From the IMG/VR virus record IMGVR_UViG_3300034071_003115, positions 1 through 64,000 of that record: a stretch of 64,000 nt of DNA. The stretch is one strand, 5' to 3'. The notes below the pieces were generated by a model, which was not told where the DNA came from, ran no database searches, and saw nothing but the letters and a program-made list of their open reading frames with translations. The DNA comes from a virus. The translations under genes and the position numbers were made by a program. Below, piece by piece: positions 31,328 through 41,134 of the stretch (within the stretch, counting starts at the first letter, position 1; each line of letters begins with the position of its first letter).

Positions 31328-31849
31328 ATGTATAATTGCCGCATGTGTGAAGATACGGCAGTCAAGTGCCGGTTGTGCTTAGAGCTAAACGACGCTGAGG
31401 GCGGTATTCTCGATATCGTGCTGGCTATACGGCGCATCCAGAAGACCCTGGCGCCAGTCATGAGAAGATACGAGGAGATACATCGGGCGCATCCGAGGTG
31501 CGCCCTATGCACAATAATGGTCGGTGAGGACCATATGGAGCAAGACCTTATTCCAGAGCCAATGGTCCCCAGAGCAAAGGGTCAAAAAAGATACTCCGTT
31601 TGTAAGCAGTGCCACAAGGTGCTTTCAAGGGTTAAACGAAGCGTTCCCCAGCAGATCAAATACCAGCGCCATGTCGAAGAAGAACTCACAAGGCTGGAAC
31701 ATGTTAACGACAAGGAGTACGATGGCTTCTGGGAAACTTTCCGAAAGGAAAACCCATTTGATATGGAAGATTATGCAGGGCTCGAGATGGCCATGGTTGC
31801 GATTGGCTCAAACACTGAGTCCGAAGGCGACGAGGAAGGCGAAAAGTAG
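31328..31849 (+). CDS. Zn-finger protein (4 CxxC)
   Basis: CRMC, CRLC, CALC, CKQC. Confidence 0.65.
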   Translation: MYNCRMCEDTAVKCRLCLELNDAEGGILDIVLAIRRIQKTLAPVMRRYEEIHRAHPRCALCTIMVGEDHMEQDLIPEPMVPRAKGQKRYSVCKQCHKVLSRVKRSVPQQIKYQRHVEEELTRLEHVNDKEYDGFWETFRKENPFDMEDYAGLEMAMVAIGSNTESEGDEEGEK

Positions 31850-32088
31850 TGCTTGACATTAGCGAGAGCATCGAGCTGCAGTTTGAAGACGGCAAGTTCG
31901 TTGTGCCAAAATGGTGGGGAAGGCTTCCTTCATTTAAAGGAGTTGGTATAGTTGACGGAGTGCGACTTATACCTTTTAATTACACAGAAGCTAGACAGAT
32001 TGTCAACAAGGACCTTGATGGCATGGCTGTTTCTAATGCGATAAGGTCCTGGAGAACAAGAAAGCCGAAGGAGCAAGACTCGTGGTAA
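31849..32088 (+). CDS. hypothetical protein
   Basis: Translationally coupled between neighbours. Confidence 0.55.
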   Translation: MLDISESIELQFEDGKFVVPKWWGRLPSFKGVGIVDGVRLIPFNYTEARQIVNKDLDGMAVSNAIRSWRTRKPKEQDSW

Positions 32089-34235
32089 TGATGCCGTGGG
32101 AGCGCGTAAAGCGCCAAGTTGAAAGCACGCAAGCAGAAGCTGATGTTCAAGCAATAAAGGATGCAATCCTTATTCCAAATTACGACTCGCAGCCTTACGC
32201 GCGAGGCGCTGGCAAGGGTACTGTGCAGAAGCGTTCAGTTAATCAGCTTCGCAAGTGGTCCCGAACAAACCCATGGATTAGATCTGCAATTAATCTTCGC
32301 AGGCAGCAGATCAGCCGCGCAAAGTGGGACATTGTCAGCATTGATGGCAACGGTGAAGTCAACGAAGCAAACGTAAAGACGATTAAGGATCTTTTGCGAG
32401 ATCCAAATACGCGTCTTGATTCGTGGAGGTCATTCATCGAGCCAATCGTTGAGGATATTCTTGTCCTGGATCAGGGCTGCATTGAGAAAGAACATACTGT
32501 CGGGGCGCGGGCGGGAAGAAGCGGAAGGCCGGTTAAGAACCTTTGGCCAAAAGATGGTGCAAGAATCGCTTTCGACCCGGACTGGGACGGAACAAACCTA
32601 AAGAAGCCGCGATACTTTGAATACGACGAGACCGGAAAGATCATTGCCGAGTACCTGAACGAAGAGATGATTGTCATTGTGGGAAACCGAGTGACGTATT
32701 CCCCGCTCGGCCTCTCACCGCTAGAGGTTCTTGCTGAGACCATTGAGGCGGACCTTCGGGCGGCTAAGTACAACAACAACATTGTTGAGCAGGCGACCCC
32801 ACCGGGAATTATTGATCTTGGCGAAGGCGTTCGCCCTGATCAGGTTGATGCCTTCAAGAACTATTGGGAAGGCGAAATCGCAGGCAAGAGCCAGACCGCG
32901 ATCACCGGTGGCGGTAAGGGGGTCAAGTGGATTCCTATGGCGCAGTCAAACCGAGACATGCAGTTCATGGAGTGGCAGATCTATCTTGCACGCAAGATCT
33001 GCGCAGTCTTCGGCGTTCAGGCGCAAGACATCGGGCTAAACTTTGACGTGAACAAGAGTTCGTCAGAGTACGGCGCGGCGTTCACTGCCGACAACGGCAT
33101 TGCTCCGCTTTGCGAACTTATTGCGGACTACATCACTAGAGAAGTTGTTTGGCTTTATGACAAGGGCTTGCGATTTGTCTACACTGATGTTGGTCGCGAG
33201 TCTGCGCAGACAGTTGCTGACTACTACAAGGCAGCACTTGCCGGACTTCCATGGCTTCGACTCAATGACGCGCTCAAGGAGCGCGGACAGGAAGGCGTTG
33301 GGCTGATGGGCGATGAAGTATGGATGCCAAGCCCGCTTGGGTATATGCCAATGAGATATTACGAGCTCTACCTTAAGGGTAAGGTTGGCGATCCCGACGC
33401 GCCAGAACAGGAGCCAACACCTGGTGGAGACGTCCCGGATGGCGGGGCCGGAAACAACGGGGCAGGGAGCCAAGAGCCAGATCAGGGCAAAGACCAACTT
33501 GAGTCTAAGCCGAATCCTGAAATGAATCCAAATCAGCAACCGTCTAAGAAGAGCGTTGTTCTCGTTGACGCAGAGGCGTTGCTCAGTGACGAGTGCCCTT
33601 CACACATCATTGACGCAATAGATGGATTTGTTGAGGGCGGTTCTTCGGTGGTTGCAATCACCTCGACAAAGGGACAAGTTGATTTTGTTAGAAGTCAGCT
33701 TGCCGAAGCGGGATTTGACGCCGAGGTTTATGAAAGCAGCTTCCCGACAAGTGCAATTGATTACTTCAAGAGACAGAAGGTCAGCGAGATTATTCGGGCT
33801 GGCGCAGCAATCGTTTCCTATTACGACCCATCAGCCGACTCCTCCTACAAGGCTGCTGGCGCAGCAATTCCAAACCTTGGAGATATTGAAGTTGAAAAGG
33901 CCGACACAATCAACCTTAATGTTCCTGCAGGAGTAAGGGCAGAAGCGAGACGTGGGCTTGATTGGCGAAAAGAGTTTGGCAGGGGCGGAATTGGACCTGG
34001 TCAAGTAACCGCAAGAATGCTCACGGGAAACAAGATGACAATTGCAAGAGTGAAAAAGATGCGCGCATACCTTGCGCGTCACGAAGTAGACAAGAAGGGC
34101 GAAGGTTGGGCCCCTGGCCAAAAGGGATTCCCATCTGCCGGGAGAATTGCCTGGGCTCTTTGGGGCGGTGATCCGGGAAAGGCCTGGTCGAATAAGGTGA
34201 TGAGGTCAGTTGAGGCCAAAGAGCGAAAGCGATAG
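32082..34235 (+). CDS. portal protein with C-terminal extra domains
   Basis: NPWIRSAI, LLRDPN, GLSPLE, DMQFME..ARKICAVFGV; C-terminal EARRGLDWR...IAWALWGGD domain. Confidence 0.9.
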   Translation: MVMMPWERVKRQVESTQAEADVQAIKDAILIPNYDSQPYARGAGKGTVQKRSVNQLRKWSRTNPWIRSAINLRRQQISRAKWDIVSIDGNGEVNEANVKTIKDLLRDPNTRLDSWRSFIEPIVEDILVLDQGCIEKEHTVGARAGRSGRPVKNLWPKDGARIAFDPDWDGTNLKKPRYFEYDETGKIIAEYLNEEMIVIVGNRVTYSPLGLSPLEVLAETIEADLRAAKYNNNIVEQATPPGIIDLGEGVRPDQVDAFKNYWEGEIAGKSQTAITGGGKGVKWIPMAQSNRDMQFMEWQIYLARKICAVFGVQAQDIGLNFDVNKSSSEYGAAFTADNGIAPLCELIADYITREVVWLYDKGLRFVYTDVGRESAQTVADYYKAALAGLPWLRLNDALKERGQEGVGLMGDEVWMPSPLGYMPMRYYELYLKGKVGDPDAPEQEPTPGGDVPDGGAGNNGAGSQEPDQGKDQLESKPNPEMNPNQQPSKKSVVLVDAEALLSDECPSHIIDAIDGFVEGGSSVVAITSTKGQVDFVRSQLAEAGFDAEVYESSFPTSAIDYFKRQKVSEIIRAGAAIVSYYDPSADSSYKAAGAAIPNLGDIEVEKADTINLNVPAGVRAEARRGLDWRKEFGRGGIGPGQVTARMLTGNKMTIARVKKMRAYLARHEVDKKGEGWAPGQKGFPSAGRIAWALWGGDPGKAWSNKVMRSVEAKERKR

Positions 34236-34241
34236 GCTTCT

Positions 34242-34382
34242 ATGGCAGATAAGTTTTACCACCAGCAGCCATGCTTCTGTATCCCCTGTCGAGTCATGAA
34301 AGCGGACGGGGTAAAGCCGCGACCGGTTGCGCAAGAGCAGGATCGTCCAAAGAAGAAAGCCAAGCGATCTAAGAAGGTCTAA
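34242..34382 (+). CDS. 46-aa basic Cys-containing peptide (not in ORF track)
   Basis: MADKFYHQQPCFCIPCRVMK...KKKAKRSKKV; stop overlaps next ATG. Confidence 0.5.
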   Translation: MADKFYHQQPCFCIPCRVMKADGVKPRPVAQEQDRPKKKAKRSKKV

Positions 34383-34696
34383 TGGGGCATAAAGATCCAG
34401 TCACGCCAAAGATGAGGAAAGATGTCCTGCAGAGGGACAGGGGTTGCATTGGTCCTCGAGTCGGAATGCACGATGAGTGCGGCAGCCAGTTCGGGTCCGG
34501 CGGGCAGATCGTCCTTGAGCTTGACCACGTCTTTAACTCTGGCTTTGGCAAGCGTGGCCCCTCGGAGATGTGGAATCTGGTGACGCTGTGCGGGTGGCAT
34601 CATAAAATGAAAACAGAATCCTCTCGCAAGTGGCGAGAGGCACTGTATGAATACTTAGAGGGATTTGAATATGATCGAAGTGGAGAGCTTTCCTAG
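34382..34696 (+). CDS. HNH endonuclease (packaging-associated type)
   Basis: VLQRDRGC, LELDHV, NLVTLCGWHHKMKT. Confidence 0.85.
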   Translation: MGHKDPVTPKMRKDVLQRDRGCIGPRVGMHDECGSQFGSGGQIVLELDHVFNSGFGKRGPSEMWNLVTLCGWHHKMKTESSRKWREALYEYLEGFEYDRSGELS

Positions 34697-34869
34697 ACCA
34701 AGATGCGACAATCGCCAGTGCATGGCGAAGTCGGCGGGGATCATCGGCAGGGGCCTGGGTCCTATTGTGAAAAGAGGCAATCGCAAATATCACATTGGGT
34801 GCCTACCCAACGTAGGCTTGACCAAGGGTGATATCATCAAGTAAGATGATATCCTGAAAGGAGGGGCAT

Positions 34870-35148
34870 ATGTCCAATAAGGGTGCCCTCGGATTGTCTT
34901 GCTACGCATGTGGCGGGACGCTCTTTCAGCTACGGCTGAAGGTGTATTTTTGTGCGAACGCGCACTGTAATCCTGGCGGCAGGGTGATGGGTTTAGCGGA
35001 GGCCATTGAGGCCCCCGGCTCAAACACCTCAAAGTGTGTCCTAGATAGGTGCACTGTGCACGGCAGGGGAAGGGAAGAAAATGCAGGAAATGGAACTGAT
35101 GCTGCTCGGTCGGAGCAAGTTCAGGGAGTATCTCCAGCAATCTCTTGA
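34870..35148 (+). CDS. small Zn-ribbon protein
   Basis: RBS AGGAGG; CYACGG...CANAHC. Confidence 0.5.
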   Translation: MSNKGALGLSCYACGGTLFQLRLKVYFCANAHCNPGGRVMGLAEAIEAPGSNTSKCVLDRCTVHGRGREENAGNGTDAARSEQVQGVSPAIS

Positions 35149-35323
35149 CGAGAGCGCTCATATTAAGCCGAAGGAGATGATTGCGTTTGAGGCGGCCAAC
35201 GCCGCATCCAACGACCTTGATACGCTAGTTGCATACGATGACATTTTGGCGTATCGTAGGGGCATCTCGATAGCGATGGAGGACTGGGTTGCAAATCCAG
35301 TGCTAGAAAGCAAGGAAGGGTAA
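35081..35323 (+). CDS. hypothetical protein
   Basis: Coupled to the next ORF. Confidence 0.55.
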   Translation: MQEMELMLLGRSKFREYLQQSLDESAHIKPKEMIAFEAANAASNDLDTLVAYDDILAYRRGISIAMEDWVANPVLESKEG

Positions 35324-35604
35324 TGAAGCAAACTGGTCCGAATTTTGCGGAGCAGCGCATTATTCAGAGGAAGAAAACTGCTCGGGTGTGGAAACTCCTA
35401 GAAGAAACTGGGATCAAGAGGCGATACATCGCCAAGCATCTTGGTGTATCGTACGGCTACCTAAATCAGGTGCAGTATGGTCAGGCGCCTATCAGTGGCC
35501 CGATGCGCAAGAAGATCTCTGAATTTCTTGGGATTGAAGAAGGAAGACTCTTCGAGGACCTCGATGAGTATTTGAATAAGGAGGAAGCAAATGGCATTCG
35601 ATAA
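35323..35604 (+). CDS. Cro/C1-type HTH protein
   Basis: GIKRRYIAKHLGVSYGYLNQV..G..P....KKISEFLG. Confidence 0.85.
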   Translation: MKQTGPNFAEQRIIQRKKTARVWKLLEETGIKRRYIAKHLGVSYGYLNQVQYGQAPISGPMRKKISEFLGIEEGRLFEDLDEYLNKEEANGIR

Positions 35605-36190
35605 GAGCGCACTTAAGGATTACGTGGATGTCGCAGAGCGAATCCGCGCATGGTACGAGGCGTACCCCAACGCACGCATTGAAACCAGAATTGTTGAGCA
35701 CAACGAAAAGCGTGTAGTCGTAGAGGCGCGAGCATATCGCGGCGTTAAGGGCGACAACGGACCTGACGATGCACTTGGCTTCATAGATGATCGCCCAGCG
35801 GGAATTGGCCACAGCGCAATGCAGATTCCTGGCGCAACGCCGTACACCCGCGGCTCAGAGATTGAGAATTGCGAGACATCGGCAGTTGGTCGCGCGTTGG
35901 TAATGGCTGGCCTTCCGTCAAAGAGAATCGCGTCTGACGACGAGATCAAGTCAAAGGGCGGAAAGTCAGCAGCAAAGGCCGCCGCTGAGGTTTTTGACGA
36001 AGACGTCGCACTCCCGCCACACATCCAGAAGTTTGTCGATGCATTCGCCAAGGCGAAGACGATTGATGAACTTACTGAGATTGGAAAGTCGATCAACGAG
36101 TCGAACGCCGACGGTGTTGATATTGACGAACTTTCCCGTGAGTTCTTGATCAAGAGATTCCGCGCTCGCCGAGCTGAGCTCGTCGGATGA
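35591..36190 (+). CDS. putative ssDNA-annealing/recombination protein
   Basis: YVDVAERI..YP..RIET, ENCETSAVGRAL; precedes exonuclease. Confidence 0.6.
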   Translation: MAFDKSALKDYVDVAERIRAWYEAYPNARIETRIVEHNEKRVVVEARAYRGVKGDNGPDDALGFIDDRPAGIGHSAMQIPGATPYTRGSEIENCETSAVGRALVMAGLPSKRIASDDEIKSKGGKSAAKAAAEVFDEDVALPPHIQKFVDAFAKAKTIDELTEIGKSINESNADGVDIDELSREFLIKRFRARRAELVG

Positions 36191-37059
36191 TTGAGGAGAG
36201 AAACCCGCAGCACATCAGTGTAAGTGAGTTGCGCGAATTCCTTTCGTGCCCACTCCGCTGGTGGTACAAGTATCGGCTCGGTATGTGGACCAACAGGACG
36301 ACGGCGTACTTCGCCCTGGGCACCTCGGTCCACGCCGGACTTCAGCGATGGTACGAGCCCATTACGGGCGGCAAGCGAAATGGCGACCTTACGCCGGTGT
36401 TCGATCACTATCGAAAAGTTTGGTCAATAGAGTCGGCGCAGGTGGACTGGGGCGCAGAAAAAGAGCGCGATATCCTGAGCGAGGGCTTTAATGGCGAAGA
36501 GATGCTTCGGGCTGCTGTTCTTGAGGGCGACGACTGGACTGCAAAGTATGTTGAGCACTCAATGATGTCGGAGATTTCCCACTCGAAACTTGGGAAGCTT
36601 CCGATGAAGTTGAAGACAAATCTCGACATGCTCACCACAGATCTCCGCGTGGTCGAGCACAAGACCGCACAGAGAAGGTGGGAGAAGGATCGAGAGCGCG
36701 GAGACATTCAGGCAACCGCCTATGTGAATGCTGTTCGCCAAAACTATGACCACGACCCATCGGTGACATTCAATATCATTAGCAACTCGGCTAAGGGCGT
36801 GAATGTTGATCGAAGAACTACTACCCGCACGCAGGAAGATATTGACAAGATGTACATCGGGGCTCGCGCGTTCCTTGACGCAATCGAGAAGGGCGCGATC
36901 TATCCGAACCCAACGGCGTTTGCGCATGCAAACTGCGAATTCAAGGAACTGTGCGATAAGTGGGAGAGCCACCCGCAGCAGATTCCCGAAAAGAGAAAAG
37001 AGCTGTACAATCTGGTCCCAGCACTGAAGAAAGACCTTTGGCCTGACTGGGAAAAATAA
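36187..37059 (+). CDS. PD-(D/E)XK RecB/Cas4-like exonuclease
   Basis: ISVSEL..FLSCPLRWWYKY, GTSVH, LDML..VVEHKT, IQATAY, CEFKELC. Confidence 0.85.
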   Translation: MIEERNPQHISVSELREFLSCPLRWWYKYRLGMWTNRTTAYFALGTSVHAGLQRWYEPITGGKRNGDLTPVFDHYRKVWSIESAQVDWGAEKERDILSEGFNGEEMLRAAVLEGDDWTAKYVEHSMMSEISHSKLGKLPMKLKTNLDMLTTDLRVVEHKTAQRRWEKDRERGDIQATAYVNAVRQNYDHDPSVTFNIISNSAKGVNVDRRTTTRTQEDIDKMYIGARAFLDAIEKGAIYPNPTAFAHANCEFKELCDKWESHPQQIPEKRKELYNLVPALKKDLWPDWEK

Positions 37060-37162
37060 TGATCTGCACGTGCAAGAACTGTGGTGCGGAATTCATTGGT
37101 GAGTTCGGAGAAGAAAACAACTACTGCATGGATTGCGATCCAGAAGGAGATTAGCGGTGGGC

Positions 37163-37849
37163 ATGACACCGATTATTCCTCTTGAAGAGATGGGGGACGC
37201 CCGCGTCTACTGGAGATGCTATAGCGATCTCCCGCGACACAAGAAACTTTGGCGGCTGCCAGATAACAACGCGCGATGGGCATGGATTGTTCTGTTGTGC
37301 GCGGCATCAGAAACCGACGGAGTGTTTGAGTCCGATCAGCACATTGAAGCAATGGTCGGATCGCAAAACACAAAGTTCCTTCCGCACTTCCGACGCGTTG
37401 GGCTTCTCGACGGACTCGTGGTTCACGATTGGGACGAGTGGCAGGTTCCATCTGATGGAATGCGCGAGGCAAGGGAGGCGCTTGCAGCGGCCGCTCGCGA
37501 CCGACTAAACCGTCTCGGCCTTCGCGACGAACACGATGCGCAGGTAAAGGTTCGGAGCATGAAAGAGTGGATGGAATACATTGTGGCAGGGCCGAACCGA
37601 CAGGGAAGACTTGTTGAATTCATGGGACAGATGAATGGCATCGTCCCACAGAGAGCCGACTACGCTCGCATTGCAAAGCTGATGCGCGAATATCCAGGTG
37701 GAATTCCCGCGCTAATGTCTGCCATCTGCGACGCGGCACTGCGCGACCTCAAGGGCGACCCAATTGCATATTTGACAGCGATCGGAAAAGGCAGTAAGAA
37801 GAGGGTGCACACAACATCATCTGTTCGTGATGCACAGTTGGAGGAGTAG
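37163..37849 (+). CDS. putative replication initiator
   Basis: W.....DLPRHKK..., VHDWDEWQ; sits before DnaC-like loader; start uncertain. Confidence 0.55.
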   Translation: MTPIIPLEEMGDARVYWRCYSDLPRHKKLWRLPDNNARWAWIVLLCAASETDGVFESDQHIEAMVGSQNTKFLPHFRRVGLLDGLVVHDWDEWQVPSDGMREAREALAAAARDRLNRLGLRDEHDAQVKVRSMKEWMEYIVAGPNRQGRLVEFMGQMNGIVPQRADYARIAKLMREYPGGIPALMSAICDAALRDLKGDPIAYLTAIGKGSKKRVHTTSSVRDAQLEE

Positions 37850-37922
37850 ATGTTGCAGCCAGCACTGTTTATGTTGCTCGTCGCGGTGATCCTCTTGGTC
37901 GCCGCTGCGGGGGAGCGAGATA

Positions 37923-38579
37923 ATGACAACAAGTAGCACCGAAGTTGTATACCTGGAGGACATCATGTGGGGCGAGAGCAAGCCGCCGCAGGACCTCGAA
38001 AAAGCGCTTCTAGGCGTTGGAATCCCAAAAAGGTACTTAGACAGCACCTTCGCCAATTTCGAGGCGCAGGGTGGCTCTAAGACGGCCCTTGAGGCCTCAA
38101 TGGAGTGGGCAAAGGCACCGATTGGGGAGCGGGGCCTTCTTTTTGTTGGGCCGCCAGGTACGGGAAAGACCCACCTTGCCGTGGCGTCAGTCCGAGAGAA
38201 AGTTGCCGCTGGTCTTGGTGGAGTTCGCTTTATCAATGTGCCGATCTTTTTAGATCGGATTCGCCAGTCAATGAAGTACAATGATCCAGAAGTCATGAAC
38301 TTGTTTGACTTTTGTTTGACACGCGCAAGCGTCGTGGTCCTTGATGATCTTGGGAAGGAGAAGGCAACCGACTGGGCGGCAGAGCGACTCTACGTCCTTG
38401 TTGAGAGCCGATATAGTGCCTGTCTCGCGACGATCGCCACGACGAACCGCGGCCTTGACGAACTCGATGCCCTTGGATATGGGGCTCTCATCTCCCGACT
38501 ACAGCAGACCTGTCGCGCCATCAAGGTGGGCGGGGATGACCAGCGTATCAGGCTTGGAAGGCTGGACGGAAGGGCTTGA
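37923..38579 (+). CDS. DnaC/IstB-like helicase loader ATPase
   Basis: GIPKRY..STFANF, GPPGTGKTHLA, VVLDDLGKE, TTN. Confidence 0.9.
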   Translation: MTTSSTEVVYLEDIMWGESKPPQDLEKALLGVGIPKRYLDSTFANFEAQGGSKTALEASMEWAKAPIGERGLLFVGPPGTGKTHLAVASVREKVAAGLGGVRFINVPIFLDRIRQSMKYNDPEVMNLFDFCLTRASVVVLDDLGKEKATDWAAERLYVLVESRYSACLATIATTNRGLDELDALGYGALISRLQQTCRAIKVGGDDQRIRLGRLDGRA

Positions 38580-38931
38580 GATTGTCCTTGTAGGAAGACC
38601 GCCATCATGGAACCGCGCGTATCGCGTTGCGGGCAAAATCATCTACATGACACGAGAAGCAAAAGCATGGAAGGAGATCGTGACATATGCGACACAGAAA
38701 GCGTTAGTCACAAGGCCGGACTTCCTGCCGGTAGACGGGAAGAGGATTGTCATCGACATCTGGGCGCATTTGAAAAGACCGATGGATGCTGATAATCTAT
38801 TGAAGCTAACGCTAGATGCGGTAGCGGCTGGATTGGTCGTCAATGACCGATGGTTTATCCCACGAGTTTGGGAAATGGAATTTGGAGCAGCGGAAGAATA
38901 TGTCCGACTGGTCCTAAGTCAGGAGAAGTGA
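38536..38931 (+). CDS. rusA: RusA-like Holliday junction resolvase
   Basis: PPSWN..Y, DADNLLKLTLDA...VVNDR. Confidence 0.8.
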   Translation: MTSVSGLEGWTEGLEIVLVGRPPSWNRAYRVAGKIIYMTREAKAWKEIVTYATQKALVTRPDFLPVDGKRIVIDIWAHLKRPMDADNLLKLTLDAVAAGLVVNDRWFIPRVWEMEFGAAEEYVRLVLSQEK

Positions 38932-38932
38932 A

Positions 38933-39310
38933 ATGGCAAAGGAAAGGATTGAAGTAACTGGCAGGCTTGGAAGCAAGCCAGAACTTCGCAGCACCAAGAC
39001 AGGAAAGAACGTTTCATCGTTTAGCGTTGCAGTGAAGAACAAGCGCGGCGGCGAAGAGACCACCAATTGGTACGACGTATCCATTTGGGAGAAGCAGGCA
39101 GAACTTGCTGTACAGCTGCTCGACAAGGGTGATCTTGTGTGCGTTGAAGGCGTTCCGTCCGTGAAGACTTTTCAGACCCGCAGCGGCGAGTCCAAGTCTT
39201 CCATTCAGATCACGGCGCGCACATTTGATCTTCTTGCCAAGGGCAAGGGTGCCGCTGGCGCAGTCAAGCAGGCCGCGCCTGAAGAAGACTTTTCCGAGGT
39301 TCCGTTCTGA
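38933..39310 (+). CDS. ssb: single-stranded DNA-binding protein
   Basis: GRLGSKPELR, FSVAV, W...AE..LDKGDLVCVEG, acidic C-terminal EVPF. Confidence 0.92.
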   Translation: MAKERIEVTGRLGSKPELRSTKTGKNVSSFSVAVKNKRGGEETTNWYDVSIWEKQAELAVQLLDKGDLVCVEGVPSVKTFQTRSGESKSSIQITARTFDLLAKGKGAAGAVKQAAPEEDFSEVPF

Positions 39311-39502
39311 TGGATCTCGGAACGTTCTTTAGTTACGTGGCGGCAGTCGTTGTCGGCTCCACGCTCACGTTGGCCCTCTGGACCCTTTGGTTCAGAATCG
39401 TCAATAGATAATTGTGTTGCTTCTCCTTCGGAGACTCGTACCCAAGGGTTACACCATTGGCTCTTGGGTACGAGAACTAGTTATCCTCGCGCGCGGCTCA
39501 AG

Positions 39503-39799
39503 ATGAAGCAGGGTCGAATGGTTATCGCCAATGTAGACGGATCGATCATTGTGACCCCCTATAACCAACTTCGTTACGATGGCTTCTCGAAATTTTTTTT
39601 GGGAAAAACTGAGGTAGCGGCTAGTCTCGCTACTACCATCATTCGCCTGCTTCCCGACCGCCGCTACAGGCAACTGATTGCCACACGGGTAGTCCCCGCT
39701 GTTCGCCCACGGTTTTGGGCGGCCTGGATGCTAGACGCATGGCACGTAAGCGAACCGATACATGAAAACTCACTAGAAAGAATCAAGAATTACACATGA
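39503..39799 (+). CDS. hypothetical protein (start uncertain)
   Basis: ORF coupled to the next gene. Confidence 0.4.
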   Translation: MKQGRMVIANVDGSIIVTPYNQLRYDGFSKFFLGKTEVAASLATTIIRLLPDRRYRQLIATRVVPAVRPRFWAAWMLDAWHVSEPIHENSLERIKNYT

Positions 39800-40293
39800 A
39801 CAGCAGAGCGATCTGCACCGCCACAGTAAACGGCGTGCACGTCAAACTTTATCGAGATACACTAGACGACGGAACAGCACGAGTGATCGGGTTCACCGAG
39901 CATGGACAAGAGTATGGACTATGGAGGATTGAGGGCATGGAAGAGCAAACAACGATTACGCGACCAGCAATTGAACAGCGTGAAGACGTCCTGTACGCCG
40001 ATGGGTGGGAAGATTGCCTCGTAGGACACGGGACAATCTTTCACGGGTCTGACGGACAGATGATTGTTGCTATCTACGACCGCAACAAGATCCTACAGCG
40101 CTTGTTTGACGACTTTGTGTCGACCTGCGAGGCGAACAACCCAGGGGACACTCATGAGGGCTGCTTCCACATTGAGGAGGCGGACGAATACATTTCCTTC
40201 AATATCGAGGGTGGATTTATCAAGCCCGGCATGCCTGTGTTCGCCTCGTTCGAGGCACAGCCAATTGTCATCAACGAGTCGGTGCAATTTTGA
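39796..40293 (+). CDS. conserved phage hypothetical protein
   Basis: ADGWEDCLVG...AIYD..K...EEADEYISFNIEG. Confidence 0.7.
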   Translation: MNSRAICTATVNGVHVKLYRDTLDDGTARVIGFTEHGQEYGLWRIEGMEEQTTITRPAIEQREDVLYADGWEDCLVGHGTIFHGSDGQMIVAIYDRNKILQRLFDDFVSTCEANNPGDTHEGCFHIEEADEYISFNIEGGFIKPGMPVFASFEAQPIVINESVQF

Positions 40294-40505
40294 AGCATTG
40301 CTCACGCTGCCAGCAGGTTTGGCCGCCAGAATGTGAGTTTTACCGCCGCGGCAAGATGCAGTGCCGCTCATGCGAGCACGGGGTAAAAAACTTTTCGCCC
40401 TCACGCATGGCTGAAGAACAAATAGCGGAATTAGAGAGATCTAGGAAACGACTAGCAGCAAGAGAGGCAGGGAAAGATGTGTGCCGGTGTGGCGATGCGT
40501 TCTGA
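40290..40505 (+). CDS. small Zn-finger protein
   Basis: CSRC...FY...CRSC. Confidence 0.5.
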   Translation: MKHCSRCQQVWPPECEFYRRGKMQCRSCEHGVKNFSPSRMAEEQIAELERSRKRLAAREAGKDVCRCGDAF

Positions 40506-40553
40506 ATTTTTATGGGAATCAACATGCAGGCCTGCTCTCGCAGGGGGTGAGTA

Positions 40554-41126
40554 ATGAACAGAGTGTTGACGTTTTTAAACAAGATATCAGGGGAACTTGC
40601 AGTGGTGCTGCTGATTGGCCTTGTGTCGACAACCACCGCCTGGACGGCAATCCAAGCGTCATTCCATAACAACGCATCGTCTGCCGCCTATGGCGACTAC
40701 CAGTTGATTATGGCTGAAGCGAATAACCTGTGGATTACGGCAGAGGTGAAGTACCGAGCCGACCTGCTGACTTGGGACACCGACCTTGGCGGCTCCTATG
40801 AGTTCAGCGTCTATGCGGTGCCATGCCAGCAGGAAAACCCAGAAGGCCAACTGCCAGACTGTGCCGCATATATGGACGCCGTGTATGGACCATACAACCA
40901 GACATTCGATAGCGGAGAGGAGCCCCTTGCGCTATCTGAGCGCGAAGGCAACTACAGCAACCGCCTGCAGGTGCTCACGGGCATCTTTGCTGTTGCCCTG
41001 TTTGCCCTTGGCGTAACCTCACCCATGAAGAGCAGGAAGAACGCCTCCTACCTCGTGGCGTTTGCCGCAACCCTCTGGGTGACTGGAGTTGCGCTTATGT
41101 TAACAATCCCCGTAATTTTGCTTTAG
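40554..41126 (+). CDS. 3-TM membrane protein
   Basis: N-terminal TM plus two C-terminal TMs. Confidence 0.7.
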   Translation: MNRVLTFLNKISGELAVVLLIGLVSTTTAWTAIQASFHNNASSAAYGDYQLIMAEANNLWITAEVKYRADLLTWDTDLGGSYEFSVYAVPCQQENPEGQLPDCAAYMDAVYGPYNQTFDSGEEPLALSEREGNYSNRLQVLTGIFAVALFALGVTSPMKSRKNASYLVAFAATLWVTGVALMLTIPVILL

Positions 41127-41134
41127 GAGGAAAT

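Noticed and set aside
36187-37059. Cas4 of a CRISPR system
   Set aside because: Stand-alone PD-(D/E)XK exonuclease in a replication/recombination operon.
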